Assembly: GCA_902538705.1 (NCBI GenBank)
Contig: CACBGD010000004.1
Span: 6,056-70,055 of the forward strand
Reading direction: 5' to 3'
Length of the DNA stretch: 64,000 nt
Origin: an uncultured SAR86 cluster bacterium
GTDB lineage: Bacteria; Pseudomonadota; Gammaproteobacteria; Magnimaribacterales; D2472
The position numbers and the translations under genes were made by a program. The notes below the pieces were generated by a model. It did no database searches. It worked only from the letters and a program-made list of their open reading frames with translations, and was not told the DNA's origin. Positions 57,385 through 64,000 of this stretch are shown here, piece by piece; positions within the stretch are counted from its first letter, which is position 1; each line of letters starts with the position of its first letter.

Positions 57385-58341
57385 ATGATGAAATATTTTG
57401 GCTTGAGATCAATATTTTCATTGATTGTTGCGATCACTTTTGTTTACTCTTGCGGAGGGGGTGGAGGAGGAACTGATCCGATACCTCAGATCTCAAATAC
57501 CTCTCCGTTTTTCATAAATAATATTAGTGAGGTTGAAGTTGATGAAATGCAATTATCTGTTGCTATCATTTCTGCTAGTGATAATGATGGAGATCTCCTG
57601 CAGTATAGTCTTTCAGGAAATGATCCATCCTATTTCTCAATAACTAATCAAGGAGTAATTACTTTTAATCAGTCACCAAGTTATTTTGATAAGAATGAGT
57701 TCTCAATCCTGATTAATGTTACTGATAACGTTGCTTCAATTTCTCAAACACTAACAGTTTTTCTTTTGAGAGTTTGCACAGACAGTTTTTTAGGTAAAAC
57801 AGTATGTTTTGAAGAGGAAAATACAAGTGTTGAATATGATAGATCAAATGATTATCCAACATGGCAAGACTGGGATGGCGATTGTCAGAATAATAGACAT
57901 GAAGTACTCGAATCTGAACATATTGATGATGATTCTAATAATCCTTTAGTTTTTTCATCAGATGGATGTTTTGTTAATTCTGGCAAATGGCTCGATCCCT
58001 ACGATAATCTTTATTATTTCTCATCATCTGAAGTTCAAATAGATCATGTTGTCGCATTATTTGAAGCGCATAAGAGTGGAGCATGGAGCTTTCCAGCTTC
58101 AAGAAAGCTTAAATTTGCTAACAATATTGATTTTGATGATCTTCTAATTGCGGTTGGAGGTTCATCCAATGCAAGCAAGGGCTCATCAGATCCATCTGAC
58201 TGGATGCCAGTTAATTCCATGTATCATTGTGAATACCTAAATAAATGGCTCAATATTAAAGCTGAGTTTAGGCTTGGTCTTGATTTGGATGAAAGAGATA
58301 CAATTACAAGTCTCTATCAAGAAAATAATTGCCAAAATTAA
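57385..58341 (+). CDS. Predicted lipoprotein: cadherin-like repeat fused to a DUF1524/HNH-type (GmrSD C-terminal-like) nuclease domain
   Basis: Lipobox FVYSC followed by a GGGGGG linker. Cadherin-like SASDNDGDLLQYSLSGNDPSYFSITNQGVITF. The C-terminus has WDGDCQNNRHEVL...IDHVVALFEAHKSGAW...FANN...SSNASKGSSDPSDWMP. Confidence 0.6.
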   Translation: MMKYFGLRSIFSLIVAITFVYSCGGGGGGTDPIPQISNTSPFFINNISEVEVDEMQLSVAIISASDNDGDLLQYSLSGNDPSYFSITNQGVITFNQSPSYFDKNEFSILINVTDNVASISQTLTVFLLRVCTDSFLGKTVCFEEENTSVEYDRSNDYPTWQDWDGDCQNNRHEVLESEHIDDDSNNPLVFSSDGCFVNSGKWLDPYDNLYYFSSSEVQIDHVVALFEAHKSGAWSFPASRKLKFANNIDFDDLLIAVGGSSNASKGSSDPSDWMPVNSMYHCEYLNKWLNIKAEFRLGLDLDERDTITSLYQENNCQN

Positions 58342-58408
58342 GCTTTTTTTATAAACATAATAATTTTTTGCTAAAAATTGATGTATGATTTTTAGATGGA
58401 GGAATTTT

Positions 58409-59194
58409 ATGAATAAAAATATTTTTTACTTAACAGCCTTGCTGTTTGTTTTTGGTTGCTCTAACCAAGATTCTGAACCTGAGGTAATGGAATCCGTAGA
58501 AGCTGAAAGTCTTTTACTTGAGTATATGTGGTGTGACTTTGGACCCAATACATCTGAGGAAAGTTTAGATAAGCTGGTTGCAGATTTTAATGAGGTAACC
58601 AAAAATTCAGATCATCCAGTAGAGAGTGCTTGGGGATATTTCCCAACTTTTGAAACTGATAATTATGATGCAGTTTGGTTAAACGTTTGGTCAGATGAAG
58701 ATTCAAGAAATGCTGGCTGGGAAGATTGGCTAGCGAATAGTGCTGAAGATTTTGAGGCCGCACATAATGATACTCTTGATTGTCAGGAAGACAGAGTCTT
58801 TCATTTCACTGGAACTGCCGGCATGCAGCCAGGCGTTGAGTGGTCAGATGAGCCACCTTTTAATGCAGATTATCATTTTTGTACTTTTAAAGATGAAAAT
58901 GGAATGGATGAACTTGCACCAATAATGGCAAATTTTGATGCTTGGATTGATGGTAGAGAAAAAGATAGCATGTGGTATGTATGGCATGATCCTCTTTTCG
59001 ATACTTCAGGTGTTGAAGGATCTGTTGATAGCGGGTATGACTATATGATCGGATTTTATTGGCAAAACAATGATGAAAGAGAAGCTGGATATTCTGCATA
59101 CGCAGAGACTGATCTACAATCTCAATTTGACGAGATTGAATCCTGTCAGATAGTTGGATTTGAAGGTTATCCTATAGTTCAACCATCTACATAA
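58409..59194 (+). CDS. Hypothetical acidic, Trp-rich lipoprotein with an internal two-fold domain duplication
   Basis: Lipobox FVFGC. Two ~100-aa halves share Y.(W/F)C.F...L..(V/M)A.F, W.Y, P.F.T, YD, W...(D/E).R.AG(W/Y)..(W/Y), F(E/D)...C and F.G. Confidence 0.55.
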   Translation: MNKNIFYLTALLFVFGCSNQDSEPEVMESVEAESLLLEYMWCDFGPNTSEESLDKLVADFNEVTKNSDHPVESAWGYFPTFETDNYDAVWLNVWSDEDSRNAGWEDWLANSAEDFEAAHNDTLDCQEDRVFHFTGTAGMQPGVEWSDEPPFNADYHFCTFKDENGMDELAPIMANFDAWIDGREKDSMWYVWHDPLFDTSGVEGSVDSGYDYMIGFYWQNNDEREAGYSAYAETDLQSQFDEIESCQIVGFEGYPIVQPST

Positions 59195-59212
59195 AGTTTT
59201 TTACTTTATTCT

Positions 59213-59236
59213 AAAAGGGAGCTTGCTCCCTTTTTT
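59213..59236 (+). terminator. Rho-independent terminator
   Basis: AAAA-GGGAG-CTTG-CTCCC-TTTTTT, 19 nt after the stop codon. Confidence 0.7.
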
Positions 59237-59252
59237 CATTTATACTTAATTT

Positions 59253-60026
59253 ATGTCAAAGCTATTTGATCTTCATAACAAGAATGTTCTGCTCACAGGT
59301 GCCTCTAAAGGGATGGGATTGGCCATGGCTCAAGGTTTAGTAAATCATGGAGCAAATGTTGTTATCTCAAGCAGAAAACTTGATCAGTGCCAAAAAGCTG
59401 TAGATTCTGTGAATGAATCTATTGGACAAGAAAAAGCATTCGCATTTTCCTGTAATGCATCAAGCAAAGATGAATTGAATGCACTGGTGGACTTTACAAT
59501 GTCAAAGCTGGGATCAATAACAACTTTGGTATGTAATGCAGGTGTAAATTCATTTTTTGGATCAATGTCTGAAATAGACGATGAATCTTATGATAAGACT
59601 ATGAACACAAATGTTAAGTCTAATCACTGGTTAATAAATATGGTCTCACCTATCATGGAAGAATCAGGAGGTGGATCAATCATGATTACTTCTAGTATCG
59701 CAGCATTCCATGCCTCTGAAACTTTAGGGGCATACAGTATTTCAAAGCTTGCTGTATTAGGTTTAGTAAGAAACTATGCCTCTGAATTAGGTCCCTCAAA
59801 TATTAGAGTAAATGCTATTTGCCCTGGCCTTGTTAAAACAGATTTTTCAAAACTTTTATGGGAAAATCCAGAAGCTGAAAAAGCCTCAAGCCAGAGGATG
59901 CCGCTCAGAAGACTTGGTGAAGCTGATGATTTTAAAGGTGTTGCAGTTTTTCTGGCTTCGGATGAAAGTTCTTTTATGACAGGTCAAGCTTTAACAATTT
60001 GTGGTGGCGCAAGTATGTGGTCTTGA
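59253..60026 (+). CDS. SDR family oxidoreductase (FabG-like)
   Basis: Contains LLTGASKGMGLA, NAG, YSISKLAV (YxxxK) and IRVNAICPGLVKT. Confidence 0.85.
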   Translation: MSKLFDLHNKNVLLTGASKGMGLAMAQGLVNHGANVVISSRKLDQCQKAVDSVNESIGQEKAFAFSCNASSKDELNALVDFTMSKLGSITTLVCNAGVNSFFGSMSEIDDESYDKTMNTNVKSNHWLINMVSPIMEESGGGSIMITSSIAAFHASETLGAYSISKLAVLGLVRNYASELGPSNIRVNAICPGLVKTDFSKLLWENPEAEKASSQRMPLRRLGEADDFKGVAVFLASDESSFMTGQALTICGGASMWS

Positions 60027-60034
60027 AAAAGATT

Positions 60035-60622
60035 TCAATCTAGCAGTTTTGTAGCCTCATTAAAGTGCTTTCTGCACAAGACTCTATATACATCATTGCC
60101 ACCAATCTGAACTTTTGAACCTTTAGTTATAACCTTTCCGTTCTCATCTAGCCGCACAACCATTGTTGCCTTTCTGCTGCAAACATTACAAACCGTTTTG
60201 AGTTCGATTAGGTTGTCTGCTAATGCAAGCAGTGCTGCACTCCCTTCAAATAATTCTCCTCTAAAATCTGTTCTTATGCCATAACACATTACTGGAATAT
60301 TTAATTCATCACATACTTTACACATTTGCGTTACATGGCTTTTCTTCAAAAATTGAGCTTCATCAACAAGAATTGCATCAATCTTTCTTTGTGAAAGTTC
60401 ATTTTTTACATACTCATAAACTTTTAACTTTGAATCAATTATGACCGCTGAGGCGCTTAGTCCAATTCTAGACTTGATCAATCCTGAATTTTTGTCAGCA
60501 TCCTCTCTAGGAATAAACAAAATTGTTTCGTTACCGGTCTCATGGTAGTTATGAGCAGATTGAAGTAAGGCCGTAGATTTACCAGCATTCATTGTTGAGT
60601 AAAAAAAGTGAACCTTAGCCAT
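60035..60622 (-). CDS. tdk: Thymidine kinase
   Basis: MAKVHFFYSTMNAGKST P-loop, VDEAQF, and a zinc ribbon C.VCSRKA...CRKH. Confidence 0.92.
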   Translation of the reverse strand: MAKVHFFYSTMNAGKSTALLQSAHNYHETGNETILFIPREDADKNSGLIKSRIGLSASAVIIDSKLKVYEYVKNELSQRKIDAILVDEAQFLKKSHVTQMCKVCDELNIPVMCYGIRTDFRGELFEGSAALLALADNLIELKTVCNVCSRKATMVVRLDENGKVITKGSKVQIGGNDVYRVLCRKHFNEATKLLD

Positions 60623-60642
60623 TAGCAAATTATAATGGTTTT

Positions 60643-60876
60643 ATGAAAACTTTTGTTGAGAATGGGATCACTCATTTAGATCTTCATGGAGTAAGACATC
60701 ATGAAGTAGATGATTTAGTTCTTGATTTTGTATTAAGAAATCAAGATTTGATTCCATTAGTTATAATTTGTGGTAACAGTGTTAAGATGATTTCTTTAAC
60801 CAAATCTTGCCTAGATCTTAATAAAATAAAATATCAAGATATTCGCTTTGGATTAATTAGAGTAGAGAAGATTTAA
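60643..60876 (+). CDS. Small Smr-domain-like protein
   Basis: 77 aa. [20 protein letters not shown]...LVIICGNS resembles the Smr LDLHG...IIHGKG pattern. Confidence 0.45.
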   Translation: MKTFVENGITHLDLHGVRHHEVDDLVLDFVLRNQDLIPLVIICGNSVKMISLTKSCLDLNKIKYQDIRFGLIRVEKI

Positions 60877-60890
60877 TTTATAATGTTCAT

Positions 60891-62054
60891 ATGAGTAAAC
60901 TCCCAGACCTACTACTTTTTGATAAACAGTTATCAGAAGAGGAACTAGCAATTCAAAAAACTGCCAGAGACTATTGTGATAATTCTCTAATGCCGAGAAT
61001 ACAAAAAGCAAACAGAGACGAGCTATTTGATAAAGAAATTTATAAGGAGCTTGCTGAGCTTGGCTTGCTTGGACCTCATATAGAAGGATATGGATGTGCA
61101 GGGGTTAGTAACGTTGCTTATGGTTTGATAGCTCGAGAGATTGAAAGAGTTGATTCAAGTTATCGATCGGCATTTAGTGTTCAATCCTCACTTGCAATGT
61201 ATGCAATATATAAATTTGGTTCTGAACAACAAAAAGAACACTTTATACCTGAGATGGCCAAGGGAAATATTATTGGGTGTTTTGGATTAACTGAACCTGA
61301 TGCAGGATCTGATCCTGCTGGAATGAAATCTATTGCAAAGAAAGTTAGCGGAGGATATGAACTAACAGGTTCTAAGACATGGATCACTAATTCACCTATC
61401 GCAGACTTGTTTATTATTTGGGCAAAAGACGAGCAGGGTGTTTTAAGAGGATTTATTTTAGAGAGGAGGGATTCAAAAGGATTAGAAACCCCATATCTGG
61501 ATGGTAAATTTGCACTTCGTGCTTCAGCCACTGGTATGATTTTTATGGATCAAGTGTTTGTTCCTGAGGATAAAGTATTGCCTGAGGTTCAAAGCTTTAA
61601 AGGACCATTTACTTGTCTTAACTCTGCGCGATATGGAATTGCTTGGGGTGTAATGGGTGCCGCAGAATTCTGTTGGGAAAAATCTCTAGAATATGTTCTT
61701 GATAGAAATCAATTTAATGCACCTTTAGCATCAAAACAATTAATTCAAAAAAAACTTGCAGATATGCAGACTGAAATTTCCCTGGGCATGCAAGCTGCTT
61801 TGAGAGTTGGAAGATTAATTGATGAAGAAAATTTTATTCCTGAAATGATATCGCTCATTAAAAGGAATAACTGCCAAAAAGCTCTTGAAATTGCACGATC
61901 AGCCAGAGACATCCATGGCGGTAATGGAATAAGCGATGAGTATCATGTAGTTAGACACTCAATGAATCTAGAGGCAGTTAATACTTATGAGGGCACTAGT
62001 GATATTCATGCCCTCATCTTAGGTCAAAAGCAAACTGGGATTAGCACATTCTAG
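60891..62054 (+). CDS. gcdH: Glutaryl-CoA dehydrogenase (acyl-CoA dehydrogenase family)
   Basis: Contains [60 protein letters not shown], and C-terminal [13 protein letters not shown]. Confidence 0.88.
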   Translation: MSKLPDLLLFDKQLSEEELAIQKTARDYCDNSLMPRIQKANRDELFDKEIYKELAELGLLGPHIEGYGCAGVSNVAYGLIAREIERVDSSYRSAFSVQSSLAMYAIYKFGSEQQKEHFIPEMAKGNIIGCFGLTEPDAGSDPAGMKSIAKKVSGGYELTGSKTWITNSPIADLFIIWAKDEQGVLRGFILERRDSKGLETPYLDGKFALRASATGMIFMDQVFVPEDKVLPEVQSFKGPFTCLNSARYGIAWGVMGAAEFCWEKSLEYVLDRNQFNAPLASKQLIQKKLADMQTEISLGMQAALRVGRLIDEENFIPEMISLIKRNNCQKALEIARSARDIHGGNGISDEYHVVRHSMNLEAVNTYEGTSDIHALILGQKQTGISTF

Positions 62055-62057
62055 AGT

Positions 62058-64000
62058 TTAATTACTTAAACTAGTATCCAAAAAGTCAACCATCTTCGAA
62101 TAAAGCTCTAAATTATTAGTTTCTGAATAAAAACCATGACCTTCGTCACCCTTAATCATATATTCAAAAGGAATGTCAGCATCTTCTAGTGCCTCTTTTA
62201 ACTGGAGTACTTGTTTATATGAAGCTTGCCTGTCTTGCCTTCCATGGATTACAAAGAGATCACCTTTGATGTTTTCTACATAATTAATTGGACTTGCTTT
62301 TTCTAAAATATCTCTTTCAGTATTTGGGTCACCCATCTCAATATGTTGTTGTGGTCGCCCCATATCTGCAAACATCCATTGTTTGTCATCGTAGAGTGTG
62401 AATAAATCAACAACACCAACATAATTGATGGCACATTTGAAAATGTCAGAGTTCTTTGTAATTCCTACCATTGCTGAATAACCACCATAACTAGCTCCAG
62501 AGATACAAACTTTATTTGTATCCACAAAACCTCTGTCAGTTGCCCAAGTAAGGGCATCAAGCAAGTCATCATGCATAGCTAATGACCATTGCTTGTTAGC
62601 TAGTTTCATTTTTTCAAGTCCAAAACCAACCGAGCCTCTGTAATTAACTTGAAGAACTCCATATCCTCTAGTTGCATATATCTGAACTTCTGGCCTGTAG
62701 CCAAAACTATCTTTTGCATTTGGACCTCCATGTGGATGCACAATAAATGGTATCTTTTGACCTTTTCTGTAAGTTGGAGGAAGGGTTATGTAGCCCGTTA
62801 GCTCAACGCCATCCCTTGCAGTAAAATTGAATGGAATCATATCTCCAAGTTCATACTCTTTAAGCCATGGAGCAAAATCAGCAACCTCAATGATGGCGCC
62901 TTCCATAACATCATAATAATGAAGTGCTCCTGGAGATTTGTCAGAGGAAGATGAAATTACAACCTTTGAAAAATCTGCACTTGTATTGAGTCCAATTTGT
63001 TTATCTGGAAATGTTGCTTGGACATTCTCTCTGATATACCCATAAGTTTCATCCCAATAAATATATTTTGTTTTTTCAGCAGAATATCTTAAGCCTAAAT
63101 TAATTTTGTTATATCTATCTTGAAGAACTCTGCCATCTGAATAGCCTTGTCTTGGATTTGAAAAATCAAAAAAGGGATCATGAAAAACTTTTTCTACATA
63201 TTCTTTTTTCTTCGTATCGTAAAGCCATAATGCATTTGTATCGGTATATTCCATTGTTTTATCCAAGGAACCATCTGGGTTAACCGCTTGACCAACACCA
63301 AAGAGCATTCTATTGTCAAAATCAAACGTTAGTGGCATGAAACATGGCTCTTGATGTTTGCATGAAGCCATTCTTTCATATTCTTTCGTAACTGGATCCA
63401 TAAGATAGACATACGTATATAAGCCATCCTTTGGGCCATTTGGTTTATAGTCTTTTCTATCATCATGGTTTGTTACAAAACCTCTCGCATTTCCATCATG
63501 ATCAATCAACCATTGAAGATGCCATTCATTTTTAATATCAGGAACCTCAGCAATTTTAGTGATTCGCTTAGTTTCAAGGTCGAGCCAATACAAATCTCTA
63601 AATCTCGAGGGAAATTGAGGCATCCTATTCTGAGTAATAATGATCTTATTTGGATACTGAGGCATGCTATCAAATAGGCGAGGGTACCTAACTCCCTGAC
63701 CAGTGCTTGTTTGTTTTGCTTGGATTAAGGCTTCTCTCTTTCCAGTTTCGACATTCAATCCATATAATGTATAACAATCTACAGTGCCAGTTGAGCCAGC
63801 TCCTCTGTCACAAGATCTATTTACAAGAAGGGTATCGTTATTTATAAATGTTGCACTGCTTATTCGAGAATTAAGAGATGTTCCTGAATATTGTTTTTTC
63901 TCCATTGTTTCAAGGTTTATGACAACCAAAATTGGGACGGCTACATCTTCTTCCGGTGTTGTAATGTCGCAAGTGACATCACCTGAAGGAATCATAGCTG
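62058..64000 (-). CDS. S9 family serine peptidase (prolyl oligopeptidase/dipeptidyl peptidase-like), N-terminus beyond the window
   Basis: C-terminal alpha/beta-hydrolase with GGPNAKDS, nucleophile GASYGGY, HGRQDRQ and DEGHGF. A beta-propeller-like region lies upstream. The reading frame is open to the window edge. Confidence 0.85.
   Translation of the reverse strand, partial: AMIPSGDVTCDITTPEEDVAVPILVVINLETMEKKQYSGTSLNSRISSATFINNDTLLVNRSCDRGAGSTGTVDCYTLYGLNVETGKREALIQAKQTSTGQGVRYPRLFDSMPQYPNKIIITQNRMPQFPSRFRDLYWLDLETKRITKIAEVPDIKNEWHLQWLIDHDGNARGFVTNHDDRKDYKPNGPKDGLYTYVYLMDPVTKEYERMASCKHQEPCFMPLTFDFDNRMLFGVGQAVNPDGSLDKTMEYTDTNALWLYDTKKKEYVEKVFHDPFFDFSNPRQGYSDGRVLQDRYNKINLGLRYSAEKTKYIYWDETYGYIRENVQATFPDKQIGLNTSADFSKVVISSSSDKSPGALHYYDVMEGAIIEVADFAPWLKEYELGDMIPFNFTARDGVELTGYITLPPTYRKGQKIPFIVHPHGGPNAKDSFGYRPEVQIYATRGYGVLQVNYRGSVGFGLEKMKLANKQWSLAMHDDLLDALTWATDRGFVDTNKVCISGASYGGYSAMVGITKNSDIFKCAINYVGVVDLFTLYDDKQWMFADMGRPQQHIEMGDPNTERDILEKASPINYVENIKGDLFVIHGRQDRQASYKQVLQLKEALEDADIPFEYMIKGDEGHGFYSETNNLELYSKMVDFLDTSLSN

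Noticed and set aside
57452-57468. G-rich run GGAGGGGGTGGAGGAGG as a possible G-quadruplex or slippery repeat.
   Set aside because: It encodes the Gly6 linker directly after the lipobox Cys of the nuclease lipoprotein, which is a normal feature of lipoprotein tethers.

Overview
AT-rich (about one-third G+C by eye), very gene-dense chromosomal segment. I count about 63 protein-coding genes (two truncated at the window edges) and 6 tRNA genes. Intergenic spacers are mostly under 130 nt, and many stop/start overlaps have the form TAATG or ATGA. The content is core housekeeping with gammaproteobacterial synteny. Examples are purM-purN facing DUF2066/hda, tig-clpP-clpX-lon-hupB-ppiD, and mltD-gloB facing rnhA-dnaQ. 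Interspersed are nutrient-acquisition genes: two TonB-dependent receptors, an OppABC-like peptide transporter, a DASS symporter with gamma-glutamyltransferase, and an S9 peptidase. There are also lipid and acyl-CoA genes: fabI, a thiolase-like protein, glutaryl-CoA dehydrogenase and two SDRs. Low GC, compaction and multiple TonB receptors suggest a streamlined marine gammaproteobacterium, possibly SAR86-like. That attribution is inference only. I see no CRISPR array, transposase, integrase, prophage, rRNA or large non-coding region, and no convincing multi-gene novel system such as a defence island. The items most worth a second look are listed here. (1) An E. coli-type A AAA AAG -1 frameshift site in dnaX with a -1 frame stop two codons later. 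(2) A DksA with only two of the four zinc-finger cysteines. (3) An animal-type glutamate dehydrogenase with an antenna-like insertion. (4) A thiolase-like protein without catalytic residues, next to fabI. (5) A small cluster of predicted lipoproteins at 55.5-59.2 kb, including a cadherin-like/DUF1524-type nuclease fusion and an internally duplicated acidic protein of unknown function. (6) tRNA genes whose 3' ends lie 6-20 nt from downstream start codons. All family assignments come from motif recognition by eye, with no database search.
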